DNA of 64,000 bases from an uncultured Acidimicrobiales bacterium (lineage in GTDB: Bacteria; Actinomycetota; Acidimicrobiia; Acidimicrobiales; DATKAS01): contig CAVSCP010000006.1 in the NCBI GenBank assembly GCA_963726495.1, forward strand, positions 140,312-204,311. The letters run 5' to 3'. The translations under genes and the position numbers were made by a program. Numbering within the stretch: position 1 is the first letter of the stretch; each line of letters begins with the position of its first letter. The notes beneath the pieces are model-generated. The model saw only the letters and a list, made by a program, of their open reading frames with translations, searched no databases and was not told the origin of the DNA. Positions 30,048 to 39,434 of the stretch are shown in pieces.

Positions 30048-31060
30048 TCACACGGCCCAATCTGCAAACGCGTCGATCATGAGCCGGACATCATCGCCCA
30101 GCGGGTACAGGATCGGGCACGTACTTCCGGCGGCGACGTACTCGGCGACCTTCGCGCGGCACTCGTCGGGCGTGCCCGAGGCGGTGATCATCTGCACGAT
30201 GTCGTCGGGCACGAGCTTCGACGCGGCGACGACCTGCTCGTGGGTCGCCGGCCACGTGAGCACCTTGCCGATCTCGTCGAGCAGCGACTCGGGCACGCCA
30301 CGACGCCTTCATGATGTGGGGCTGCTGGCCGAGGTACTGGGTGACGAGGAGGCGCGAGCGCATCGAGCGCGCGGCCGCGATCTTCGTCGAGCGAGCACAC
30401 GACGAGCTGCGGCCGGTCGATCGTCGTCGAGCGTCGCGTCCCGCCTTGGCCGCGCCCCTCGCGAGATGCTCGAGCGCGGTCGCGTTGTACGCGGGAGACA
30501 CGAGGTAGTTGAGGACCACGCCGTCGGCGATCTCGCCCGTGAGCTCCATCATCTGCATGCCCGTGGCGCCGATGTAGATGGGGACGTCCTTCGGCTCGCG
30601 CTCCTGATGCACGTAGTCGAGCTCGACGCCGTCGAGGTGCACGAACTCGCCGTCGAACGTGACGGTCTCGTTCGGCGAGCAGCGCCGCGGACGGCCTCGA
30701 CGATCTCGCGCATGGCCTTGAGCGGCCTCGCCCGGTCGACGCCGACCTTCCGCGGCGAGCGGGTCCCACCACGCGCCGATCCCGAGGATCACGCGACCCG
30801 GGGCGAGGTCGTCGAGGGTGGAGAACGTCGACGCGAGCAGCGCGGGGTTGCGGGTCCACATCGCGACCACGCCGCTGACCGACCTTGATGCGCTCGGTGA
30901 CCGCAGCGAACGCGGCCATCGGCACCGTCGCCTCGCGCACCAGCCGGCTCTCGGCCTGCCACACCGCCTCGAACCCGCGCTCCTCGGCGTACCGCACGTA
31001 GTCCATCGCCTCGCGGAGCGGGTGGGCGTCCTGGAGGTACAGCGCGACGGGTGCGGCCAT
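30048..31060 (-). pseudogene. LLM-class oxidoreductase, 3 or more frameshifts
   Basis: [61 protein letters not shown] (ORF 30188..31192 from ATG 31060). ORF 30091..30870 ([36 protein letters not shown]...[29 protein letters not shown]). ORF 30048..30296 gives the C-terminus. Confidence 0.75.
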
Positions 31061-31067
31061 CAGTCGG

Positions 31068-32099
31068 TCATAGCAGCCGGTGGAGGCGCCTGGCTTGCTC
31101 GGCGGCCTGCGCGCGCACCTCGATCGGGTCGACCCGGGTCGCGACGCCGTCGCGCAGCACGACCTCACCGTCGATCTCGACGTCGACGGCACGGACGTCG
31201 GTGGTGAAGGCGAGCGACCACGGATCCATCGCGTCGTACGACCACCGCACGACGTCGCCGCGGGCCTCCGGCACCAGCTGCCATCCGTTCTCGAGCCACG
31301 ACCACGCCGCCTCGGGTGAGGCCTCGACGTCGTCCTCGCGATGACGTACGAAGGCGAGGCGGAACTCGTCGAGCATGTCTGCCCCGATGCCGTCGGTGCC
31401 GAGCACGATCGGGTTCGATCGCGACGCGGGCCTCGCGTAGCCGACGGCGTTGTTCATGTTCGAGCGCGGGTTGTGCGCGATCGTGCCCGGCAGGTCTTGT
31501 TCGAGGTGCACGGCGTGGACGAGCAGCCACGACTCGTCTGCGAGCGCGGCGAGCCGCTTCCCCGCGTCCGAGTCGACCGTCCCCTCGGCGACGTGGATGT
31601 GGACGCCGACGCCGAGGTCGCGCGCGAGGCCGGCGGCCGCCTCGAGCGTCTCGTCGCTGCACGTGAACGCGGCGTGGACACCGACGAGCCCTCGTCCCCC
31701 GCCGCGGAGGAACCGCTCGTTCTCGGCCAGCCCGCGCCGAGCACCCGTCGGCGCCGTGGCGGTCGGTCACGCCGTAGGCGCACACGACCCGCACGCCGAC
31801 CTCGGCGGCACGCGTCGGCGATCACGTCGAGCGAGCCCTCGATCGCGTGAGGGCGACTCGTGATGGTCGACGATCGCAGTCGTTCCGCACTCGAGCGCCT
31901 CGAGCGCGCCGAGCATCGCCGACCACCTCAGCATCTCGAGGTCGAGCGCGACGTCGAGCCTCCACCAGACCTGCTCGAGGATCTCGACGAACGTCGTCGG
32001 TGTGCGCGGTGGCGAAGGCATGCCGCGAGCGAGCGCCGAGTACAGGTGATGGTGCGCGCAGACGAGCCCGGGCGTCGTCGCGCTCACGCGGCGAGTCAC
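31068..32099 (-). pseudogene. ssnA: SsnA-like putative aminohydrolase, about 3 frameshifts, short N-terminus
   Basis: TPGLVCAHHHLYSALARGMP..FVEILEQVWWRLDVALD..GALEALECGTTAIVDHHESP (ORF 31767..32156). VRVVCAYGVTDRHG (ORF 31165..31794). [32 protein letters not shown] (ORF 31068..31511). These parallel E. coli SsnA PGIVCSHNHFYSGLSRGI / LWWRLDRALD / VIDHHASP / HNARSNMNNHVGY / LGTDGIGSDMFEEMKFAF as I recall it. GTG 32099 overlaps the upstream stop (GTGA). Confidence 0.75.
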
Positions 32100-34702
32100 T
32101 CGTCGGTGTCGGAGCCCGACGACGCGCCGCGGCGCATCGGCAGCGTGGAGCGCCATGCGCCGTCGAGGTCGTGCAAGGCGGCAGCCACCGCGCCCGCCGT
32201 GGGCACCAGGCCGATCTCACCGACACCCTTGATGCCGTACGGCGCGTTCGGCTGCGGAGACTCGACGAGGATCACCTCGACGCGCGGCATGTCCTTCGGG
32301 CGGATGATGCCGAGGCTCTTCAGCGTCATGTTCGTCGGCCGGCCCTCGGCGTCGGCCGGGAAGTCCTCGGTGAGCGCGTAGCCGAGACCCATGTGCACCG
32401 AGCCTTCGATCTGGCCCTCGCACAGCAGAGGGTTGACGGCGCGGCCCACGTCGTGCGCAGCGACGACCTTGTCGACGTTGCCACTCTCGCGATCGACGAC
32501 GACGAGCTGCGACGCGTAGCCGAACGTCGAGTGGATCACCGGGTGCTCGAGGCCCTCGGCGAGCGAGTTCGTCCAGTCGACGCGGTACTCGCCCTCGTAG
32601 TCGACGCCCGGCTTGCAGCCAGCGGCGCGCGCGGCCTCGCACGCCGCCTTCACCGAGCCCGCACCCATCAACGTGCCTCGGCTGCCGGTCGTCTGGCCCG
32701 CGCCGAGCTCGCGGGACGTGTCGACGAGCACGCGGATGCGCGTCGGGGTCGACCTGCAGCTCCTCGACCGCGACCTGACGGGCCACGGTGTGCACGCCCT
32801 GCCCCATCTCCGTCCAGCAGTGCCGGACCTCGATGGTGCCGTCCTCCTCGAACCGCACGACCGCGCGCGCGATCTCCTTGAAGCCGTTGCCGAGGCCCGA
32901 GTTCTTGAGCCCGAGGCCGAGCCCGACGGCGGCTCCCGAGGCGACTGCGTCGTCGTAGGCCGGCTTGATCGCGTCGAGGCACGCACGCGCGCCGAGGCAG
33001 CCGTCGTCCATGATCTGACCGGGTCCCCACACCGAGCCCGGGGTCACGACGTTGCGCGCACGGATCTCCCAGCCTGAGATCCCGACCGCGTCGGCGAGGC
33101 GATCGAGCACGCCCTCCATCGCGAACTGCGCCTGGTTCGCGCCGAAGCCGCGGAACGCGCCACACACCGGGTTGTTCGTGCGGGCCGCGATCGAGTCGAC
33201 GTCGATCGCCGGCACCACGTACGGACCACTGGCGTGCCCTGCCGACCGCTCGAGCACCTTCATCCCGACCGAGGCGTACGGGCCGGAGTCGCCGACCATG
33301 CGCGCCCGCAGCGCGGTGAGCCGTCCGTCGTCGTCGCAACCGGCCCAGTACTCCATCCGGATCGGGTGCCGCTTCGGGTGGATCAGCAACGACTCCTCAC
33401 GCGAGAGCGTGCACTTCACGGGCCGCCCGGTCAGCCACGACGCCAGCGCGGTCTGGGCCTGGTTGGACATGTCCTCCTTGCCGCCGAACGCGCCGCCGTT
33501 CGCGACGAGCTCGACCGTCACGCGTCCCGCGTCGATGCCGAGCACCGACGCGATCTGGTCGCGGTCGTCCCAGACCCCCTGGCCTCCCGACCACACGTGC
33601 AGCCCATCGGACCCGTCGGGCAGGACCACCGGCGCGACGAGGGTCGACTCGGGCTCGAGGAACGCGTGCTCGATGCGCTGGGTCTGGAACACCTCGTGCA
33701 CGACGTGCGCGCTCGCCGCCAGCGCGGCATCGACGTCGCCGCGCGCATACGTCGACCGCGACAGCACGTTGCCTTCGAGACCCCACACCGCGTCGTCCGC
33801 GCCGGACGCGATGGCCTGCGCGCGGATCGACGATCGGCGGCAGCGGCCGATAGTCGACTTGGACGAGCTGTGCGGCGGCGCGGGCGGTCTCGCGGTCCTC
33901 CGCGACGACCATCGCGAGGACGTCACCCAGATAGGAGGTGCGCCCGCCTTCGGGGATGAAGATCGGCCAGTCCTTGTGGATCAACCCGACGCGGAGCGCG
34001 CCAGGTATGTCGGCGGCGGTGAGGACGCGCACGACACCCGGCACCGCGGCCGCGGCCGTCACGTCGATGCCGACGACGTCGGCGCGGGCGTGCGCCGCGA
34101 GATGAAACGCGCCGTGGAGCATGCCGGGAAGGACGAGGTCGTCGACATACGGCTTGTCGCCGAGCGAGAGCTCGAGGCCCTCGTAGCGAAGTCCGCTCGT
34201 GCCGACACCGCCGCACGCGGGTGGTTCGACGTCGCCACCCGTGCGCGAGCAGCTCGATCGCATCGAGGATCTTCACGTAGCCCGTGCACCGGCAGAGGTG
34301 CGCGCCGAGGTGGCGCGCCGCGTCTTGACGCGTCAGGTCGGCGCCCTTCTTCGCGATCAGCGCCTTCGTGCGCATCACGATGCCGGGCGTGCAGAACCCA
34401 CACTGCAGGGCGCCGGTCGACGCGAAGACCCTCGCGTAGCGATCGCGCTCCTCGGTGGGCATGCCTTCGAGGGTCGTGATCCCCCGACCGGCGGTCTTGG
34501 CGAGCGACGTCTGGCAGCTCACCTGCGCCTTGCCGTCGAGCAGCACCGTGCAACACCCGCACTGCCCCGACGGCGAGCACCCGTCCTTCGGCGAGAGGAC
34601 GCCGAGCTCCTCGCGCAGCGCGGCGAGCAGGTGGGGATGGTCGCCACGGCACGACACCGAGATGCCGTTGAGCACGAAGGAGACAGGTTCGGCGCCGATC
34701 AC
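32096..34702 (-). pseudogene. Molybdopterin-dependent hydroxylase with fused N-terminal [2Fe-2S] domains and no FAD domain (XdhD/Mop-type), about 3 frameshifts
   Basis: ORF 33923..34702 (CSPSGQCGCCTV, QCGFCTPG, CRCTGY). ORF 33397..34263 (GTSGLRYEGLELSLGDKPYVDD..ADIPG). ORF 32217..33926 (IEHAFLEPES..GGAFGGKED..NNPVCGAFRGFG..EMGQGV). ORF 32096..32986 (GQIEGSVHMGLG..GIKGVGE). The FeS and Moco parts join in one polypeptide near 34250. Confidence 0.8.
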
Positions 34703-34718
34703 CCCAGTCTAGGAAGTG

Positions 34719-35600
34719 TCACCGGCGGGAACGGCCCCCGAGCGCGTCGAGCACGATCGCAAGGTTCGCGTCACACCAGGCCACGGCGGTCCAGTGCGAC
34801 GACGCCCGGTAGCGATCCTGGGCGTCGACGAACCGGTCCGCGGCCTCGTTCAGACGGCCCTCCTCGGCGAGCAGCACCCCGAGGTTCTGATCGCACCACG
34901 CAACCGGGAGCTCGACCTCGGCCGCGAGGAACCCGGCGCGCGCCTCGCGCACCCGCTCCATCGCATCACTCGAGCGCTGCTGCTCCCACAGCACGAACGA
35001 CTCGTTGAACGCAACCGACGCGAGGTCTGCGGCGCTGTTCGCGAAGCACGCGCGCGCGTCGGCGAAGTGGTCGAGCGCCGCGTCGAGCTCGCCGGCCTTG
35101 GCACGGAGCACGCCGAGATCGTTGTCGCAGACGCCCGCGTCGCGGAGCTGATCGGCCTTCGTGAAGAGCTCACGCGCGCTCACCAGCAAGGTGACGACGT
35201 CGCGGTCGCGGCCCAGGCTGTGCAGCACCGCGGCGAGCTGCTGCTCGCACGCGGCGAGCTCGGCGGGGTCGCTCTGCCCGTCGAGCAGCTTGCGGCGAGC
35301 GGCGGCGAGGCGCTTGCTCGCATCGAGCGGACGCCCGAGCGCGAGGAGAAGCCGCGCCGCGAGCCGATCGCACAGGATCTCGCCCTGCGAGTCGCCTGAA
35401 GCGAAGAAGGCCTCACGCGCCTCGTCGATCGCCTCGAGCGCCTCGTTCGGCCGCTGCCGACCTTGGAGCCCGACCGCGAGGCGCGCGAGCGCCCGGGCCC
35501 GGCGCGCGGGATCGTCCGTGTGGGACTCGTCCCGGAGCCTGGCCAGCTCGTCGAGCGCGTCGAGGTTCTGGCCGTCCCCGTCCGCGCCCGTGTGATCCAC
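34719..35600 (-). CDS. TPR-like repeat protein (first gene of the xdhD/ssnA operon?)
   Basis: Part of ORF 34719..35888 from GTG 35600, preceded by GGAGAGAAGGGG. It contains repeated roughly 40-aa helical units (for example ...AWCDQNLGVLLAEEGRLNEAADRFVDAQDRY...). Only 16 nt separate it from the next gene. Confidence 0.6.
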   Translation of the reverse strand: MDHTGADGDGQNLDALDELARLRDESHTDDPARRARALARLAVGLQGRQRPNEALEAIDEAREAFFASGDSQGEILCDRLAARLLLALGRPLDASKRLAAARRKLLDGQSDPAELAACEQQLAAVLHSLGRDRDVVTLLVSARELFTKADQLRDAGVCDNDLGVLRAKAGELDAALDHFADARACFANSAADLASVAFNESFVLWEQQRSSDAMERVREARAGFLAAEVELPVAWCDQNLGVLLAEEGRLNEAADRFVDAQDRYRASSHWTAVAWCDANLAIVLDALGGRSRR

Positions 35601-35749
35601 CGCAGCCCCTTCTCTCCGCTCCGCTGGCCGGGCAGTCTGGCACCGGGAGCCGTGCCGCGTGCTCAATGTCACCTCGTCATGACAGAACCATGGCGGCCGC
35701 GATATGGTGCGCGCCTTCCGGCTCCACCTCACGCCCCCGGGGGTCCCGA

Positions 35750-36427
35750 ATGAGCCGTCTCCCCAAGCTGGTGATCTTCGGCCGACAAGGCGCGGGCAAG
35801 GGCACGGTGGGCCATCGCGTCGCCGCCCACCTGGGCATCCACCACATCTCGACCGGCGAGATCCTGCGGCGGGAGATGGCCGAGGCAAGCCCTCTGGGCC
35901 TCCAGGTGCAGGCGTTCGTCGACCACGGCGAGCTCGTGCCCGACGACGTGATGCTGAAGGTGATCGAGCACCGCATCGGGCATCCCGAGGTCTCCCGCCG
36001 CGGCTTCCTCATGGACGGGTTCCCCCGCACCGTCGAGCAAGCCGACGGGTTCGCCGCGATCCTGGGTGACGAGCCGCTCCAAGCCGCGATCCAGATCGAA
36101 GTGCCGACCGACGTGGTGCTGGCCCGCATCCTCGGCCGCCGCGTCTGCCCTGTGTGCGGCACGACGACCTCGGCGCCGCGCGAGGTCGTCTCGGTGCCGT
36201 GTCCTCGCGGCGACGGCTGGGCGGTGCGGCGCAAGGACGACACCGAAGACGCGGTCCGGCGCCGGCTCGCGCTGTACGACGAGGAGTCGGGACCGTTGGT
36301 CCGGTGGTTCGCGGACCGTGGCCTGCTGGTCACGGTCGACGGCGCAGCGAGCCCTGAAGCCGTCTACGAGGCGACCCTCGCCGCGCTCCGCCCGGCGCTC
36401 TGGGGCGACAGTCTGGCAGTGGGCTAG
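35750..36427 (+). CDS. adk: Adenylate kinase (paralog outside a ribosomal-protein context)
   Basis: From ATG 35750 in ORF 35666..36427. P-loop GRQGAGKGT, ISTGEILR, GFLMDGFPRT and LID CPVCG...CPRGDG...RKDD. Confidence 0.85.
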   Translation: MSRLPKLVIFGRQGAGKGTVGHRVAAHLGIHHISTGEILRREMAEASPLGLQVQAFVDHGELVPDDVMLKVIEHRIGHPEVSRRGFLMDGFPRTVEQADGFAAILGDEPLQAAIQIEVPTDVVLARILGRRVCPVCGTTTSAPREVVSVPCPRGDGWAVRRKDDTEDAVRRRLALYDEESGPLVRWFADRGLLVTVDGAASPEAVYEATLAALRPALWGDSLAVG

Positions 36428-36429
36428 TG

Positions 36430-36521
36430 AAGGGCGCCGCAGTGCGGCGCCGGGTGCGCGAAGCACCGATTGTCGAGCGAAGCGAGCGGGAGCCGCCCGA
36501 AGCGAAGCGGAGGCCGGCTAC
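36430..36521 (+). repeat. 92-nt structured intergenic repeat, copy A
   Basis: Aligns without gaps to 48062..48153 (10 mismatches in 92 by my hand count). It has hairpin GGCGCCGC-agt-GCGGCGCC (36433..36451), hairpin GGTGC-gcgaa-GCACC, and several GCGAAGC motifs. It fills the whole spacer between the adk stop (36427) and the ppk2 stop (36518), and its last bases supply the ppk2 TAG. Confidence 0.7.
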
Positions 36522-37321
36522 CGGACAACGATCTTCTCGATCCCCGGCTCGGGCTCGGGCAGCTTCGGGTCCATGCGTTCGAGGGCGTGCACGACGAGCT
36601 CTGACACCGCGACCGTCCGCACCCACTTCCGGTCGCCGGGGACGACGTGCCACGGCGCCCACTTCGTCGACGTCTCCGTCAGCGTCTCCTCGTACGCGTG
36701 GTTGTACTGATCCCACATCGCCCGGTCGTCGAGGTCGGCCTTCCGGAACTTCCAGCTCTTCTCGGGATCGTCGATGCGCCGCTGAAGCCGTCGACGCTGC
36801 TCGTCCGCCGAGATGTGGAGGAAGACCTTCACGATCGTCGTGCCCTCGTCGCACAACATCCGCTCGAACTCGCGGATGTGACGGAGACGCGGCCGCCACA
36901 CCGACTCGGGCGCGAGCGCTCGCACCCGGACCGCGATCACGTCCTCGTAGTGAGATCGGTTGAAGATGCCCATCTCGCCGTGCGCGGGGCAGACCTCGTG
37001 CACGCGCCACAGGAAGTCGTGCGCGGCGTCGCGACCGACGGGCGCCTTGAACGAGGTCACCCGGCAACCCTGCGGGTTCACACCTGACAGCACGGTGCGG
37101 ATCGTGCCGTCCTTGCCCGAGGCGTCCATCCCCTGCAGCACGAGGAGCAAGCTGCGGCGCTGCTCGGCCCACAGCCGGTTCTGCAAAGTCTGCAGCCGAG
37201 CCAGCAAGTCGCGGTGCAGCTCCGCCGCCTCGGGCTTGCCGGCGAGGCCGAGACGGTCGGCCGGATCGCGGCTCGACAGAGCAGCCGGAGCACCGGGCGC
37301 GACACGTGTCGACTCGAACAT
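36518..37321 (-). CDS. ppk2: Polyphosphate kinase 2 family protein (single PPK2 domain)
   Basis: Intact 267-aa ORF with LQGMDASGKDGTI (Walker A-like), FNRSHYEDV and WAPWHVVPGDRKW. Confidence 0.85.
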   Translation of the reverse strand: MFESTRVAPGAPAALSSRDPADRLGLAGKPEAAELHRDLLARLQTLQNRLWAEQRRSLLLVLQGMDASGKDGTIRTVLSGVNPQGCRVTSFKAPVGRDAAHDFLWRVHEVCPAHGEMGIFNRSHYEDVIAVRVRALAPESVWRPRLRHIREFERMLCDEGTTIVKVFLHISADEQRRRLQRRIDDPEKSWKFRKADLDDRAMWDQYNHAYEETLTETSTKWAPWHVVPGDRKWVRTVAVSELVVHALERMDPKLPEPEPGIEKIVVR

Positions 37322-37426
37322 GTGAATGACGTTACGACCGGTCGCGCCGCCACTGAATGCTCATCGACGGCAGGTACGGTCCGACCGACTGGTGCGACGG
37401 GGGTCGCGCCGCAACAGGGGGCAACG

Positions 37427-39184
37427 ATGAGATTGAGGCATGTTCGTCCGCGGCATCGCGCCGCGCTCGCACTCGGCGCCTCGCTGCTCGCGTTCGGGTT
37501 GCTCGCCGCCGCGTGCGGAAGCGACGACAGCGGGAGCAGCGCGGGCACCACAGCCGCCGGAGGCGGCGGCGCCAGCACGACAGCCGGAGGTGGAGCCGCA
37601 ACGACGCAGCGGCAGCGGCCGAGACGCCGACGCCGGGCGGCAAGCTCGTGTTCGGCCTCGAGGCCGACACCGGCAGCCCGTGGGAGCCGTCGAAGGCGCT
37701 GCTCGCGATCTCGGGTCACACCGTCATCGCGGTCGGTGTTCGATCCGCTCGCGCTCGCGACGGTCGACGGCAAGGTCGAGCCGTACCTCGCCGAGTCGAT
37801 CACGCCGAACGCGGACTACACGGTATGGACGATCAAGGCCCGCTCGGGCGTCACGTTCCACGACGGCACGCCGTTCGACGGCGCTGCGATCGTCGACAAC
37901 CTCACTCGCCAGTTCAAGTCGTTCCTGACCGGGAAGGTGTTCTCGGACGTGGCGACCAATGCTGACGGCTCACCGCAGATCGTGGTCGACCCCGCGGACC
38001 CGATGTCGGCGCAGATCACGATGAAGCGCTCGTGGGTGCCGTTCCCGATCTACCTCACGGGCCAGATCGGCTACATGGCGAGCCCGACGTGGATGAAGCC
38101 GCGGCCGACAAGGACCCGGCGCTCGAGTCCAAGCCGGTCGGCACGGGTCCGTTCGTCTTCAAGGACTACAAGCCGGGTGAGTCGTTCGACGCGACGAAGA
38201 ACCCGAACTACTGGAACAAGCCGTACCCGTACCTCGACGAGGTCGAGTTCCGCGTGATCCCCGACGGCAAGACGCGCGCCTCGGCGCTCGAGGCCGGCGA
38301 CGTGAACATGATCCACACGGACGACGGCGAGAACATCGCCAAGTTCCGCAGTGAGGCCGACCAGTTCCCGATGACCGAGGTGTCGGCGTTCGGGGAGACG
38401 GGCTACACGCTGCTGAAGGTCGACGACCCCGGCGAGCCCGCTGTCCGACGCGCGCGTGCGCTGCGCGATGGCGTACGCGACCGACGAGCAGGCGCTCATC
38501 GACAAGCTCGGTGCCGGCATCAACAAGGTCGCGAGCGGTCCGTTCTCACCGACCCAGGTCGGCTACTTGCCCGACACGGGCTACCCGCTGAAGCAGGACA
38601 TGGCCAAGGCGCAAGAGCTCGTCAAGTCGTACAAGGCCGACCACCCGGGCCCGCTGAACATCAACCTGTCGACGACGCAGGACGCGACCGCACTCGTCAT
38701 CGCTCAGGCCCAGCAGGAGTTCTTCAAGCAGGCCGGCTTCGACAACGTGCAGATCAGCCAGATCGAGCAGGCGAAGTACATCCTCACGGCGCTGCAAGGT
38801 GACTTCCAGGCCTTCCAGTGGCGCAACCACGGCGGTCTCGACCTCGACGCCCAGTACATCTGGTGGTCGTCCGAGAACGCGCTCCCGGTGGGTCAGCTCG
38901 CGCTGAACTTCGGGCGCATCAAGGACCCGGTGATCGACAAGGCGCTCTCCGACAACCGCGGGGCTACCGACCCGGCGGTGAAGAAGCAGCTCGCCGAGAC
39001 GGTCAACAAGGAGTTCGCGACCCAGTGCTACAACATCTGGGGCGACTGGGACCTCTGGGGTCTGCCGCACACGCCCGACGTCCACGGCATCGAGGACTTC
39101 ACCCTCCCGTCGGGTGACAAGGCGTGCCTCTGCAACGGCATCGCCGGCGTCTTCAACATCCAGTCGGTCTGGATCAAGCAGTAG
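37427..39184 (+). pseudogene. ABC peptide/nickel-type (family 5) substrate-binding lipoprotein, paralog 1, about 4 frameshifts
   Basis: MRLRHVRPRHRAALALGASLLAFGLLAAACGSDDSGSS (lipobox) in ORF 37214..38257. GGKLVFGLEADTGSPWEPSK (ORF 37357). KPVGTGPFVFKDYKPGES..NPNYWNKPYPYLDEVEFRVIPD (ORF 38032). C-terminus in ORF 38456..39184, ending SVWIKQ. Confidence 0.8.
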
Positions 39185-39217
39185 CCCACCCCGCGTAACC
39201 AGCGAGAACACGCGCTT

Positions 39218-39246
39218 CGGCGGGCGTCCCATGGGGGCGTCCGCCG
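39218..39246 (+). terminator. Terminator-like hairpin after SBP paralog 1
   Basis: CGGCGGGCGTCCC-atg-GGGGCGTCCGCCG forms a 13-bp stem if two G-U pairs are allowed. It lies 34 nt after the stop. There is no clear U-tract. Confidence 0.4.
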
Positions 39247-39267
39247 TTCGCGCGCACACGCCACGCG

Positions 39268-39296
39268 TTGACACCGCGCCAATGCCGCAATAGGTT
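39268..39296 (+). promoter_or_regulatory. Sigma-70-type promoter for SBP paralog 2
   Basis: TTGACA (39268..39273), 17-nt spacer, TAGGTT (39291..39296), read directly. The same boxes recur upstream of paralog 3. Confidence 0.5.
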
Positions 39297-39434
39297 CCGC
39301 GCCATCGTGCGTGTGGCGGGGGTCACATTCCACGGGTCCGCGACAGGGGGTGAGCTGGCAGAGGGAACCAGCCGCACGGACGGATAGCAGCAATGGACTG
39401 CGGGCGAGGGGCCCGCGTGAGTGGGGGAGTCTGC

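Noticed and set aside
36427-36963. ORFs 36427..36963 (+) and 47978..48232 (+) share the peptide RRRVREAPIVERSE, which hinted at a conserved small protein.
   Set aside because: The shared peptide is just the translation of the 92-nt nucleotide repeat. The ORFs have no RBS and run antisense through ppk2 and the enoyl-CoA hydratase. The compensatory stem change points to nucleic-acid structure rather than coding.
39297-39434. Attempt to assign the SBP2/SBP3 leaders to a known riboswitch (cobalamin, TPP, NiCo, ZTP, c-di-AMP)
   Set aside because: I could not find the diagnostic conserved boxes of these classes by eye (for example the B12 box, or CUGAGA...ACCUGA). The leaders are left as unclassified conserved elements rather than called as a riboswitch.
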